A stretch of DNA of 63,924 nt from Paludibacter sp. (GCA_020049335.1 JAIFKX010000075.1:1-63924); one strand, 5' to 3'; counted from the stretch's first letter, positions 50,433 to 61,599 are shown. Translations and numbers: made by a program. Notes: generated by a model from the letters alone, not told the origin.

Positions 50433-53144
50433 ATGAAAAAAAACTATTTTTCGAATGTCCTTTTTTTAGCCTTATTTTTTGTTACTTCCTATGCATCAAC
50501 TCAGCCTCAATTTTCGACAGCTGGTTTTTATTCGCTTCAAGGCACCGGACGTACGGCATATTCCATGAATGTGGCGTGGCGGTTTGTAAAAACGGATGTG
50601 CCAAATGCCGAATCAGTAAATTTTGACGACAGCAAATGGGAAGTTGTTTCGCTCCCGCACGGTTTAGAATATCTACCTGTAAATGCAAGTGGATGTGTCA
50701 ACTATCAAGGACCGGCATGGTATCGCAAGCATTTTACGCCCGATAATGCGATGAAAGACAAGAAACTTTTTCTGCATTTTGAAGCCATTATGGGCAGGTG
50801 CAAGATATGGGTAAACGGAACCTTGGTAACCGAACATTTTGGTGGCTATCTACCTGTTATAGCCGACATTTCTAAAAACTTAAAGTGGGGCGAAGACAAT
50901 GTAATTGCGGTTATGGCGGATAATAGTGACGACCCAACTTACGCACCGGGGAAATCGCAGAACATGCTCGATTTCACCTATTTTGGTGGGATTTACCGGG
51001 ATTGCTGGTTAGTTGCTCACAACAATGTGCATATTACAGATGCCAATTTTGAAAATGAAGTGGCTGGAGGAGGACTTTTTGTCTCTTTCGACAAAGTAAG
51101 CGAAACGAATGCAATTGTAAATATCAAAACACACATTCGCAATGAATTAAAAAAAGATTTTTTAGCCACCGTGATGTATGAATTAATACAAAAAGATGGC
51201 AAAATTGTAAATACTACTTCTCAAAAAATAAATATAATATCGGGGCAGGCATCCTATTCCGTTAAATCTATTGATGTAAAATTGCCAAAATTATGGAGTC
51301 CAGAATCTCCATACCTTTATAAATTAAACGTTTACATTAAAGACGGTAAGGGTAATGTTGTAGATGGCTATTCTAAAAAAATAGGAATTAGAAGTATTGA
51401 ATTCAAAAAGCTTGATGGGCTTTGGATCAATGGAAAACTCTACAAAAAAATTATGGGGACTAATAGGCATCAAGATTTTGCAGTACTCGGTAACGCACTT
51501 CCCAATTCATTGCAATGGTGCGACGCTAAAAAACTACGCGATGCAGGAATGACGGTAATTCGTACACATTATGTTATTGATCCTGCTTTTATGGATGCTT
51601 GCGATGAACTTGGCCTGTTTGCATTAGTCGAAACACCGGGCTGGCAATTTTGGAGTGAAAAACCTATTTTTGCTGAAAGAGTTTATTCTGATATTCGGAA
51701 CATGATACGGATTCACCGAAATCACGCCTCACTGTTCTTTTGGGAGCCTATACTCAACGAAACGGATTATCCAAAATACTTTGCTCAAAAAGCAGCTCAA
51801 ATTTGTAAGGAAGAATATCCTTATCCTTACAGTGCCGCAGCATGTGATGATGGAGCGGAAGGTGCAGAATATTTTCCAATTCTTCTGCGACCTCTGGGAA
51901 AACTCAACCCTGAAAAAACTTATTTTGTAAGAGAATGGGGTGATAATGTGGACGATTGGAAGGCGCAAAATTCTGATAGTAGGGTGAATAGGGCATGGGG
52001 AGAAGTACCTATGTTGGTACAAGCTACCCACTATGCTAAACCAGGATTAGTGAATGAAAATTGGCCGTTGCCCATGGTGCCTGTTGTTCGTGATAGTAAT
52101 GACCTTAAGCCCGTTTTTAACGGTATATGCCTACAGAATTTATATAAATCGCCACGGCAAATCGCTGGAGCATGTTTTTGGCATTCCTTTGATCACCAAA
52201 GAGGTTATCATTCTGTTCCTTTTTTGGGTGGTATGATGGATGCTTTTCGGCAACCTAAGTATTCTTATTATATGTTTCAATCGCAGCGTGAACCTGTAAA
52301 AAGCGATATTATTGCTGAAACAGGTCCAATGGTATATATTGCCCATGAAATGACACCTTTTTCGCCCAACGATGTGACTGTTTATTCGAACTGTGAAGAA
52401 GTAAGGCTCACATTCCTGAAAAATGGCAAACGGAAAACCTATAAAAAAGATGTATCACGAGATGGAATGCCATCGCCGATTATTACTTTCAACGATATGT
52501 TTTATTACATGTCTTGTAAAGCTAAAGCAAGAGCTGGAAAACAAAATGAGGTGTATTTACTTGCCGAAGGTTTAATGGGCGGTAAAGTGGTAGCAACGCA
52601 TAAAGTGATGCCATCTGGTGCTCCCGAAAAATTAGTGCTTTGGTTGGATCATAGTGACCTTGATTTGGTGGCCGACGGCTCTGATGTGGTGACTATTGTG
52701 GCAGGTGTGGCAGATAAAGAAGGAAATATTAAACGACTTACCAATGATTTCGTTAAATTCACTATCGAAGGTGAAGGTAGAATACTGGGAAATGCCGATG
52801 TGCTGGCCAATCCAAGTCCACTTCTATGGGGAACAGCACCTGTATTGGTACAATCGACTGCCAAGGCTGGAAAAATAAAAATATCAGCGAGTGTTTTATT
52901 TGAAGGTGCGCAAACAGCGCTGAGTGGCGAATTGATTTTGAATAGTGTGGAAAATACTATACCATCTATTTATAGTATCAAAGAATTGGAAGCATTGGCA
53001 AAAAAAACCATACAAGTACAACAAAAGTCGGTTGGTAAGTCGGAATTAGAGATTGAAAATGCGATACTTCGTAAAGAAATAAATGATATGAAGGTGAAAG
53101 AAGTGGAAAAACAACAAACTAAATTTGGAGGAGGAATAAATTAA
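50433..53144 (+). CDS. GH2 glycoside hydrolase with DUF4982/Ig-like C-terminal domains
   Basis: SMNVAWRF, WYRKHF, YFGGIYRD, GTNRHQD, WEPILNET (acid/base), FVREWGD (nucleophile), VYSNCEEV, LVADGSD. Confidence 0.9.
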   Translation: MKKNYFSNVLFLALFFVTSYASTQPQFSTAGFYSLQGTGRTAYSMNVAWRFVKTDVPNAESVNFDDSKWEVVSLPHGLEYLPVNASGCVNYQGPAWYRKHFTPDNAMKDKKLFLHFEAIMGRCKIWVNGTLVTEHFGGYLPVIADISKNLKWGEDNVIAVMADNSDDPTYAPGKSQNMLDFTYFGGIYRDCWLVAHNNVHITDANFENEVAGGGLFVSFDKVSETNAIVNIKTHIRNELKKDFLATVMYELIQKDGKIVNTTSQKINIISGQASYSVKSIDVKLPKLWSPESPYLYKLNVYIKDGKGNVVDGYSKKIGIRSIEFKKLDGLWINGKLYKKIMGTNRHQDFAVLGNALPNSLQWCDAKKLRDAGMTVIRTHYVIDPAFMDACDELGLFALVETPGWQFWSEKPIFAERVYSDIRNMIRIHRNHASLFFWEPILNETDYPKYFAQKAAQICKEEYPYPYSAAACDDGAEGAEYFPILLRPLGKLNPEKTYFVREWGDNVDDWKAQNSDSRVNRAWGEVPMLVQATHYAKPGLVNENWPLPMVPVVRDSNDLKPVFNGICLQNLYKSPRQIAGACFWHSFDHQRGYHSVPFLGGMMDAFRQPKYSYYMFQSQREPVKSDIIAETGPMVYIAHEMTPFSPNDVTVYSNCEEVRLTFLKNGKRKTYKKDVSRDGMPSPIITFNDMFYYMSCKAKARAGKQNEVYLLAEGLMGGKVVATHKVMPSGAPEKLVLWLDHSDLDLVADGSDVVTIVAGVADKEGNIKRLTNDFVKFTIEGEGRILGNADVLANPSPLLWGTAPVLVQSTAKAGKIKISASVLFEGAQTALSGELILNSVENTIPSIYSIKELEALAKKTIQVQQKSVGKSELEIENAILRKEINDMKVKEVEKQQTKFGGGIN

Positions 53145-53170
53145 TTTAGAAATTAAAAAAAATAAAAATC

Positions 53171-53580
53171 ATGAAAAAAACAGTTTTAATTTGTATTGCT
53201 GTTATAGTATTTAGCAGTTTAAAAAGTCAGAACAATGACAAAATATTAATCGAAGCCGAAAGTTTTGCTCAAAAAGGCGGTTGGGTTATCGACCAGCAAA
53301 GTATGGATGTGATGGGTTCACCTTATCTGATGGCACACGGTATGGGTGTTCCGGTACCAGATGCTAGCACTTCAGTGAATTTTCCGGTACCAGGAAAATA
53401 TCACGTTTTTGTGCGCACGCGTAATTGGGTGGCTCGCTGGAATACCACGGATGCTCCCGGAAAATTCCAATTGTCAGTTGATGGAAAGATGTTAGAGCCA
53501 ATTTTTGGAACAAAATCGGAAGATTGGGATTGGCAAGATGGTGGTATTGTTGAGGTGAAAAACAAAAATTGCAAGCTTTT
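53171..53580 (+). pseudogene. 5' fragment of a secreted FAD-dependent oxidoreductase family gene (N-terminal EAESF domain only)
   Basis: IEAESF..KGGWVIDQQSMDVMGSPYLMAHGMGVPV is the N-terminus of large Bacteroidetes PUL oxidoreductases; similarity stops at about 53578 and no FAD-binding motif follows. Confidence 0.65.
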
Positions 53581-54380
53581 GCATTTTAACCGAAGGGCAG
53601 GACAATTGGGCAGTTGCTTATAGTAGTTTTATTTTGGCGAAACAGGCTGGGTTCGATTTTCAATTTCAAAAAGCTGGTCAGGAAATCAAAGATGCGCCAC
53701 TTTATCTGCTTCCGTCGTTAAAAGGAATTGACCCTGTTTATAAAGATTATTGGTTTAAATTACTGAACAAAGTGAAGGCAGGTGCATCGCTTTATATCTC
53801 CTTGGACGATGCTTATTTACCTACTTTAACCGAACCGCTTGGCATTGAAATTTCGGTAAATACAAAACGCAGGAATAAAATGTCATTCGTCTCCAAATTG
53901 TTAGGTGATAGTTTGAATTTTGAAACAATATCCGAAAGAAAACTGAAAATAGATGCTAAAAACAATACTGTTTTATCGGTAGAAAAAGATGGAAATCCTG
54001 TTTTTATCAAATCAGCTTACGGCAAAGGAAGTATTTACTTGCTCACTTTTCCGCTTGAAAATAATTTGGCAAATTTACCGGGTGCTTTCGACAAAAAGCA
54101 GCCCGCTTATTCCAATATTTATAAGGTAATTGCTTTTCCATTAATAAATCAAAGGGTGTTACAGCAAAATAATACTGGTATAGGTACAACAGAACATGCT
54201 ATGGGCACAAACGAAAAGCTGGTGATATTGATAAATTATACAACTGAAGACATTACGATTGAACCGATTGTGCGTAAAGGATTTGTAATTGAAAAGGGCA
54301 TTTATGGTAGTTATGTAGGAGGGAGTTCATTGACCGTAAAAGCGAATGATGCGCTTGTACTTTCAGTAATTAAAAAATAA
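53580..54380 (+). pseudogene. 3' fragment of a GH5/GH42-like glycosidase (trimerisation-type C-terminal domain)
   Basis: Frame from 53580 reads CILTEGQDNWAVAYSSFILAKQAGFDF...LYLLPS...KVKAGASLYIS...YGKGSIY; no signal peptide or catalytic domain. Confidence 0.6.
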
Positions 54381-54472
54381 AAAGTTATTGTTGTATCTTA
54401 AAGTATTATTCAAACTCTTTCTGGAATTAATTGACATTTTTCCTTGAAAACTTGAATGTTTTTCTCAATTAC

Positions 54473-54536
54473 GTACAATTGTGTACAAGTACGAATTATT
54501 TTGTAATACTGAAAATTGTTATTTGCCGTATTTTTG
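54473..54536 (+). promoter_or_regulatory. Putative HTCS-activated promoter 3
   Basis: GTACAATTGTGTACAAGTACGAATTATTTTGTAA then TATTTTTG at 54529-54536. Confidence 0.7.
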
Positions 54537-54617
54537 TAGAATCAATATAGTTTTTTTTTAAAGTGTATTTTGATAAATTGAAAATAAAATTTTAGTTGTA
54601 ATTTTTAAAGTTTAAAC

Positions 54618-55766
54618 ATGAGAACATTTGCTAAGTTATTAGTACTGTTAATGGTATTTAGTGGATCAGTGAGTGCGGCCATTAAGCCGCAGTGCAAAAA
54701 AAATGGATTGATAAAAGCAGATATCTTAAATATTTTGCATCAAACCGCCATTTACAATACCACCCGTAAGTTTGATTCTTTACCCCGATGGAACGAGAAC
54801 AAGCGTTATGACTGGGTGGAAGGTACTTATTTTGCTGGACTTAGTGAGTTTTACAAATATACCAAAGAAAAAAAGTACTTTGACGAAATGATAAAGGTTG
54901 GTGTAGAGTGCAACTGGGAACCTCGTGGCAGACCTTATGATATGAATGAATATGCTATCATTCAAACGTATTGTGATTTATATGAAGCAACAGGCAACTT
55001 TTATATGATTGATAAATCCGTCTTTATGGCAAAAATGCCTTTTATTCGATATGTAAAACCCGATATAAAGACAGTTAATAATCCTTATGTAGATGAATGG
55101 TGGTCGTGGTGTGATGGCTTATTTATGGGGCCACCTGCTTATGCTCGATTGGGTAAGCTGTTGAACGATAAACGTTATTGGGACTATATGAATGAAAATT
55201 GGTGGCGTACTTCGGATTATCTTTACAACAAAAAAGATAGTCTGTTTTATAGGGACGATCAACGCTTTTCGCAACGCACAGCCAACGGAAATAATGTCTA
55301 TTGGGCGCGTGGAAATGGTTGGGTAATTGGTGGTTTGTGCCGCACATTGGATTATTTGCCCAAAGAGTATCCAACTCGACTCCGCTTTGAACAACAATAT
55401 AGGGAAATGATGATAAAGTTGGCTAAACTACAAACTGCTGAAGGTTTTTGGCCGCCAAGCTTGCTAGACTACAACCAATATCCGTTCAAAGAAAGCAGCG
55501 GTACAGCATTTTATTGTTATGGTTTTGCCTGGGGAATTAACAATGGGCTATTGGATAAAGAAAAGTATTTACCGGTAGTTGTAAAGGCCTGGAACTTTCT
55601 TTTGAGTTGCAGACTCCCAAATGGCGCACTGGGTTTTGTGCAACCAATTGGAGGAGAGCCTGACAACGTAAAAGCAGAGAATACACAAGCTTATGGCGAA
55701 GGTGCCTTTCTGATGGCAGGTACAGAGATACTGAAATTATTAGATAAAGGTAGTACAGTAAACTAA
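54618..55766 (+). CDS. GH105 unsaturated uronyl/rhamnogalacturonyl hydrolase
   Basis: WWSWCDGLFMGPP, LFYRD, WARGNGW, ESSGTAFYCYG, VQPIG, YGEGAFLMAG. Confidence 0.9.
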   Translation: MRTFAKLLVLLMVFSGSVSAAIKPQCKKNGLIKADILNILHQTAIYNTTRKFDSLPRWNENKRYDWVEGTYFAGLSEFYKYTKEKKYFDEMIKVGVECNWEPRGRPYDMNEYAIIQTYCDLYEATGNFYMIDKSVFMAKMPFIRYVKPDIKTVNNPYVDEWWSWCDGLFMGPPAYARLGKLLNDKRYWDYMNENWWRTSDYLYNKKDSLFYRDDQRFSQRTANGNNVYWARGNGWVIGGLCRTLDYLPKEYPTRLRFEQQYREMMIKLAKLQTAEGFWPPSLLDYNQYPFKESSGTAFYCYGFAWGINNGLLDKEKYLPVVVKAWNFLLSCRLPNGALGFVQPIGGEPDNVKAENTQAYGEGAFLMAGTEILKLLDKGSTVN

Positions 55767-55770
55767 TTTC

Positions 55771-58700
55771 TTATTCAACTTCACCATTCTCTTCAATAGC
55801 ATTTCTCTTTCCATAATTGGACGGTGATACGCCGAAATGATCTTTAAAACAACGTGCAAAATACTGAGGTGAATTAAACCCTGTTAAGTACGAAATCTCG
55901 GATATATTCTTTGTGTAATCTTCTATAAGTATTTCAGCTGCTTTTTTTAGCCGAATAGTGAGAATAAGATCATTGGGCGACTGCCCCGTTATTTTTTTTA
56001 TTTTAGAAAAGAAAACAGTACGAGATTGCCCCATTTTTTTCGCAAATAGATTCACATCAAAGTCTGGATTGTTCAAGTTCAAATTGACAATGACTTGCGC
56101 AGTTTCCATGAACTTCTGATCTATTTTAGAAGTTGTAATATTAATCAAATTTTGGCTTGGGTCTTGCTTGAAATTAGTATGTAAGTAGTTTTTGAATTTG
56201 AAAATATTATCAACCTTAGCCTGTAATAATCTTGAATTAAATGGTTTGGTGATATAATCATCTGCACCAGCCTCTATACCCTCAAGCCGTTCTTCCTCTC
56301 CATTCAACGCCGTTAAAAGTAGGATAGGGATATGGCTTGTATCGATATTCCGCTTCAATTTAGTACACATTTCTATTCCCGACATTTCGGGCATTAATAC
56401 GTCTGAAATTATAATATCCGGTTGTAGTGCCAATGCTTTATCTAATCCTTCTGCTCCGTTTTTTGCCATTTCAATTTTATACTTCGATTGAAACAACTCC
56501 TTAATGAAATGACGTATTTCATCATTATCTTCAACGATTAATAGTATTGGCGCATTTTCGTTGGATTCAGGAACTTCATCGTCATGTTTTTCAATGGGAA
56601 TTTCCAATAATAAATCAATCAAATCTTTATCGGTTTTGAAACTGTTTTCCAATTCATTTTCATTCACAATAAATTGTGGGTCAATGTTCTCGTTACCTTT
56701 GTTCAGTTTCACGTCAAAGGTTGTGCCTTCGCCTACTTTACTTGTACAATAAATCGTTCCGTTGTGGGCAACAATAATACTTTTGGTCAGGGCTAAGCCA
56801 ATGCCGCTACCCTGATAATGACCATCTGCTAATTTCGTGTCGATTTGAAAGAAGCGGTCAAAAAGTTTATCTATCTCATTTCCAGGGATGCCTTTGCCAT
56901 TATCAATAATCGAAATTTCTACAGCATCATCCTTGTCTATCAATTTAATAGTGATTATCCCAACCTTATCTTCTGTGTTTTTGAAGGCATTTGAAAGTAA
57001 ATTAAAAAATACTTTGTCCATCTGAATGGGGTCATACCAAACTGAGAATTCTTTTTCATCAGACTGAAAACGATAAGCAATTTCTCTTTCTTCGGCAACA
57101 ACTGAAAAAGCATCAAATATCTCTTGTATGTAATCTACAATATTATTTTGCTGAATTTTCAACTTCATTTGCCCTTGTTCAATTTTTCTGAAATCGAGCA
57201 ATTCATGGGTGAGGTGTTTCAGTCGCTTGGCATTTCTATACGCTAAATTTAGCTTGTTTAAAGTGGGCAATGGAAATTTTTTGGTTGTCAAAACACTGTC
57301 AATCGACCCTAAAATTAGCGTAAGCGGTGTCATAAATTCGTGCGAAATGTTGGTGAAAAACCGCAGTTTCGATTGGCTCAGTTCTTGAATTCTATCCACT
57401 TCTTTTCTTTTGTCTACCAGTTCATAAGATAATCGAAGTTTGGAAATGTAAAAATAATTGAGTGTTAATATCAATGCTATAATTAAAATTGCATACACCA
57501 AGTAGGCAAACCAGGTGGCATACCAAGGTGGTTCAACTATTATTTCAAGTTCTTTTATGGGTGTAATGGTTTCATATACAGCATTTGTACCTCTTACTTT
57601 CAATGTGTATTTTCCTGGCGAAAGGTTAGTGTAGGAAACATAAGTATTAAACTCCGCGTCAACCCATTTGTCATTGAAACCTTCCAGTTTATATTGATAC
57701 TTATTATAGGGTATTGAATTGTAATTACAGGTGCTGAAACTTATTTTAAATACATTTTGATGTGGATGAAGGCTTATAGAATTTGTGTAGGCAAGGTCTT
57801 TGGTGAGTGTTTTTGAATTGTCATTTGGGAGTACCAATGCATTGTTAACTTCCAGGGATGAAAAAATCACTTTTAAATTGGATTGATTTTTAAGTATGTC
57901 TTCTTCGTTAAATGAGATGAGTCCATCAATTCCGCCAACAAACAATTCACCCTTTCTGGTAATCATTAATGCGTTGACATTTAGTTCATTTAGTGGGATT
58001 CCAGAATTTTTGTCATAATTGATAAACTTGTTATCCTCCACTTCAAAGCGTGTTAAGCCCTTGTTTGTCGATATCCAAAGATTGCCATATCGAGATTCCA
58101 CAATTCCATAAATAAAATTTGAAGGTAAGTTATTCTCAAGTCGCGTATAGGTTCTGAAATTGTCCGTTTCGTTATTGTATCGACTGAATCCACCACCTTC
58201 GGTCGCAATCCATACTCGCATTTGATGGTCTTCAAATATTTGATTTATAAAATTATAACCAACACTGGTTACATTTTTTGAATCATATTTATAGTTTTTG
58301 AGTTGTTTGTTTCGTGTGTTATATTTGAATAATCCATTATTCTGAGTACCAATCCAAAACTGTTCGTGACTGTCGTAATACATACTCGTAATAGGATACC
58401 CAATAGCATCAACCATTTTTTTGTTTTTAAAAAATGGTTCTGTCATATTCTTGTCTGTATCAAATATATATATTCCTGATTTTGTACCAATGAGGCTCTT
58501 GCCTTTGTATTGTATGATGGAAGTAATATTAGTAGTATTACTAAATACCGTATTGTCCGTATATAATTTTAGTTCATTTCTTTGTATATCAAATATATAA
58601 AGCCCGGCATTGTATGTTCCTACGAGTAGTTTTTTATTGCTTTGTAACGATATTGATTTTATATTGGCTTGAATAGAACTACCTTGTGATATTGGAATTT

Positions 58701-59844
58701 TATAATTGATAAATTTGTTATTTTCTCTGTTATAATAATTTAATCCACCGCCTTCTGTTGCCACCCATATATTGTTATAGTCATCTTCAACCATTTTGCC
58801 AATTACCCTATAACTTGGATGTGTATCAGACTGCGAACTATTATAGAATTTGAAGGTCTGAAAACTGGTATTGGTATAATTTACACCACCAAAATAGGTG
58901 CCTATCCAAACAGTTCCACTCTTATCAAAAAAGAAGGAATAGATAGAATTATGAGTCAAGGTGTTGGGTAAATTTTCTGCTGCTTTTATAATTTCTGTCT
59001 TATTCTTAACTAAATCCAGCACCGAAATTCCCTGATAGGTGCCCACCCAAATTTTCCCGTTAGTATCATTATCGATGGTTCTTACTGTTAGATTTGGCAA
59101 ATACAACCCAGAGCCGTTACTTGTAATGTGTTCTGTTGTATTTGTTTTGAAATAAAAACGATATATGCCATCGTTGTTTGTTCCTATCCAAACACTCTCA
59201 TTTTTATCAATATACAAACACGAAACTTGTAGGCTGTTGTTTGATAGAATTTTTTTTAATCTGAACCTGGCATCCAGTTGATACAACCCATAATGGTCAA
59301 TCCACAACCATAAATTTGATTTTTTGTCTGCATACAACCTGGTTATATTCTTTCCTTGAATAAATTTGTTATTAAAGGCTGTAAATTTATTCTGTGTTGG
59401 ATTGAAATACAATAATCCCTTCTTATTTCCTACAAAAAAATGATGATTATACAAAGCGATTGAATTGGGGGAATCCATAAAATACTGCTCGAATTTTTGT
59501 GTTTCCAAATTCATTCGGGACATTCCAGGTTTACACATTAGCCACAAGTATTTCTCCTGTTTGGCCATATTTAGAACAGCGTAGTCTATCAACGAGCTAG
59601 AATCTCCATTGATTGGCAAGAAGTACTTCATTTTCACGCCATCCCAACAATTCAAACCATACCGCGTGCCAATCCACATTCTGTTGAGCTCATCTTGCTG
59701 TATGCACATACCTGAAATTTGACTCAATCCTTCGTTTAGCCCAATGTTTTTAAAAAACATATTTTGGCCAAATAAATTGCTAAATACCAACAGGATATAT
59801 AGAATTAGAATTTTTAGTCTTAGAAGTGAGTTGTGAGAAATCAT
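55771..59844 (-). CDS. Hybrid two-component system sensor/regulator (HTCS)
   Basis: Reg_prop repeats (WIGT..GL), Y_Y_Y domain, TM helix, FFTNISHEFMTPLT, NLLSNAFK, GSGIGL, receiver IISDVLMP, AraC HTH (GFNSPQYFARCFK). Confidence 0.96.
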   Translation of the reverse strand: MISHNSLLRLKILILYILLVFSNLFGQNMFFKNIGLNEGLSQISGMCIQQDELNRMWIGTRYGLNCWDGVKMKYFLPINGDSSSLIDYAVLNMAKQEKYLWLMCKPGMSRMNLETQKFEQYFMDSPNSIALYNHHFFVGNKKGLLYFNPTQNKFTAFNNKFIQGKNITRLYADKKSNLWLWIDHYGLYQLDARFRLKKILSNNSLQVSCLYIDKNESVWIGTNNDGIYRFYFKTNTTEHITSNGSGLYLPNLTVRTIDNDTNGKIWVGTYQGISVLDLVKNKTEIIKAAENLPNTLTHNSIYSFFFDKSGTVWIGTYFGGVNYTNTSFQTFKFYNSSQSDTHPSYRVIGKMVEDDYNNIWVATEGGGLNYYNRENNKFINYKIPISQGSSIQANIKSISLQSNKKLLVGTYNAGLYIFDIQRNELKLYTDNTVFSNTTNITSIIQYKGKSLIGTKSGIYIFDTDKNMTEPFFKNKKMVDAIGYPITSMYYDSHEQFWIGTQNNGLFKYNTRNKQLKNYKYDSKNVTSVGYNFINQIFEDHQMRVWIATEGGGFSRYNNETDNFRTYTRLENNLPSNFIYGIVESRYGNLWISTNKGLTRFEVEDNKFINYDKNSGIPLNELNVNALMITRKGELFVGGIDGLISFNEEDILKNQSNLKVIFSSLEVNNALVLPNDNSKTLTKDLAYTNSISLHPHQNVFKISFSTCNYNSIPYNKYQYKLEGFNDKWVDAEFNTYVSYTNLSPGKYTLKVRGTNAVYETITPIKELEIIVEPPWYATWFAYLVYAILIIALILTLNYFYISKLRLSYELVDKRKEVDRIQELSQSKLRFFTNISHEFMTPLTLILGSIDSVLTTKKFPLPTLNKLNLAYRNAKRLKHLTHELLDFRKIEQGQMKLKIQQNNIVDYIQEIFDAFSVVAEEREIAYRFQSDEKEFSVWYDPIQMDKVFFNLLSNAFKNTEDKVGIITIKLIDKDDAVEISIIDNGKGIPGNEIDKLFDRFFQIDTKLADGHYQGSGIGLALTKSIIVAHNGTIYCTSKVGEGTTFDVKLNKGNENIDPQFIVNENELENSFKTDKDLIDLLLEIPIEKHDDEVPESNENAPILLIVEDNDEIRHFIKELFQSKYKIEMAKNGAEGLDKALALQPDIIISDVLMPEMSGIEMCTKLKRNIDTSHIPILLLTALNGEEERLEGIEAGADDYITKPFNSRLLQAKVDNIFKFKNYLHTNFKQDPSQNLINITTSKIDQKFMETAQVIVNLNLNNPDFDVNLFAKKMGQSRTVFFSKIKKITGQSPNDLILTIRLKKAAEILIEDYTKNISEISYLTGFNSPQYFARCFKDHFGVSPSNYGKRNAIEENGEVE

Positions 59845-59856
59845 ATAAAAAAACGT

Positions 59857-60205
59857 TTAGTACATGACAAAAAATATCATGTTTTATTATTCTAAATATT
59901 AGCCCGTTATTAATTTTCCAAATGCTTGGAATGGACTGACCTCGTCTGGTGAGCCGAAAAATGGAGTGAAGTAGGCGTAGAAAACTTTATTGTTTGAGCC
60001 ATGACGTATTCCGTCGTGGTGAGTTTAAAGTTTTCAGCCTACGAACGACTAATTTTTCGAGCGAGGCAGGCGAAGTCTTGACTTTTTTTGCTTACTTTTT
60101 TGCGTCAAGGCAAAAAAGTAAGTGGGGTTTGGGGCAAAGCCCCATGTTCAACATGTTGATTTACAATAGTATTTATGTATATCCCTAATTTTTGTCATGT
60201 ACTAA
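59857..60205. mobile_element. MITE-like element (349 bp) with 17-bp terminal inverted repeats
   Basis: TTAGTACATGACAAAAA (59857-59873) / TTTTTGTCATGTACTAA (60189-60205); long internal hairpins; no transposase. Confidence 0.8.
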
Positions 60206-60727
60206 GAAAAAAAACGAGAAATTAAATCAAGAACCAACTTTTGAATTTTTAGTATTTGTGGAATTAAGTTAGTTACTAATAAAACGATTGCCTGAAATAT
60301 TTTACAAATATAATCTATTTTATTTTTAGCTAGTTCAAAAACCCAATAAATTTATGAAAACAAAAATTCAGAGAACAAAATTAAAACAAATTCTACTCTT
60401 TTATATGCCTCAATCGTTCAGATAAGTACAAAATAGTCCTAAATCAGGAAGGTTAATGAAAAAAAATGGTCGTTTCAAGAAAAATTGCTTGAAATATACC
60501 TCAACCATAGAAATAAACAGTACAATTATACTTTGTCAATTCTCCATAGTTACCCGAAGACTATATTTTTTTCTGCAATTGGTATAACAAACTAATTTTT
60601 GGTAACAAACTCGATATATTTTGTATTTACCGCTTTTGCTACTATCTTTTTAAGGAAGAAGAAAGCTCTCAATTTTCGTTATTCGATTAGATTTCATTTA
60701 ATTTCTTTGAAATAAATATATTTTGTA

Positions 60728-60760
60728 TGCGATATAGTCCGAAAAATGACTACTTTCGCA
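60728..60760 (+). promoter_or_regulatory. Inverted repeat overlapping the abiE promoter (candidate AbiEi operator)
   Basis: TGCGATATAGTC-N8-GACTACTTTCGCA imperfect dyad containing a TActTTCG -7-like element. Confidence 0.5.
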
Positions 60761-60783
60761 GACGAAATATAATCTACTACCAA

Positions 60784-61599
60784 ATGCAACCGAATTTCAA
60801 AATAAAAGATTGGGTGAATGATTTACAAAAAAAAGGTAAATTGTTCTTCTCATTAGAGGATGTTGGGATGGCAAATCCAGATATACTTCCTACTGGTGTA
60901 AGTAGTGCATTAAAACGTCTCTCAACGAAAGGTAGTATTACTTCAGTGTGGAAAGGTTATTATGTAATAGTACCGCTATCTTATGCTGTGAATGGTATTT
61001 TACCACCAATTATGTATATCGATTCATTAATGCAGGAACTTCAACGCAAGTATTATATTGGATTACTTAATGCTGCTGCTTTCTATGGTGCATCTCATCA
61101 ACAACCGCAAGCATTTTCTGTTTTTATACAACGACCGACATTAAGAGATAGCCAGAAAAAGAAAATAAACATACAATTTATTTGTCGGAATAAATTCCCT
61201 TCAGAAGATTTGCTCCAAAAACATAAAACTCAAACAGGCTATGTCACAATTTCGAATGCAATACTCACTGCTGCTGATATCATTCAATATGAAAAGGAAA
61301 TTGGTGGGCTGAATAGGGCTTGTAAAGTTCTAAATGACTTAGTTGAGGTATTGGATTTTAAAAATTTATCATCGTCATTTTTTGAATTTGTTTCTGTTTC
61401 CACTATCCAACGTTTAGGTTATTTATTGGAATATGTAATTGAACAAGTAGATTTAGCTAATATCTTATTTGAAAAGGCAATTGAAGCCGGTTGTAATTTT
61501 CAGCCAATAGCTCTGAAAAACAGAAAATCGACAGAAAATTGCATACAGGATAAAAAATGGAAAATAATTATTAATACTGAAATCGAAATAGATGATTGA
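60784..61599 (+). CDS. abiEi: Type IV TA antitoxin AbiEi
   Basis: wHTH (FFSLEDV...ALKRL..KG.I.SVWKGYYVIVP), YYIGLLNAAAFYGASHQQPQ, QRLGYLLE, KKWKIIIN; ATG 60784 preferred. Confidence 0.88.
   Translation: MQPNFKIKDWVNDLQKKGKLFFSLEDVGMANPDILPTGVSSALKRLSTKGSITSVWKGYYVIVPLSYAVNGILPPIMYIDSLMQELQRKYYIGLLNAAAFYGASHQQPQAFSVFIQRPTLRDSQKKKINIQFICRNKFPSEDLLQKHKTQTGYVTISNAILTAADIIQYEKEIGGLNRACKVLNDLVEVLDFKNLSSSFFEFVSVSTIQRLGYLLEYVIEQVDLANILFEKAIEAGCNFQPIALKNRKSTENCIQDKKWKIIINTEIEIDD

Noticed and set aside
53171-54380. Programmed frameshift joining the two ORFs into one protein
   Set aside because: The two halves resemble unrelated families and each lacks its catalytic core; a deletion junction is simpler
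59994-60188. 64-aa ORF
   Set aside because: Lies wholly within the MITE hairpins and has no transposase features
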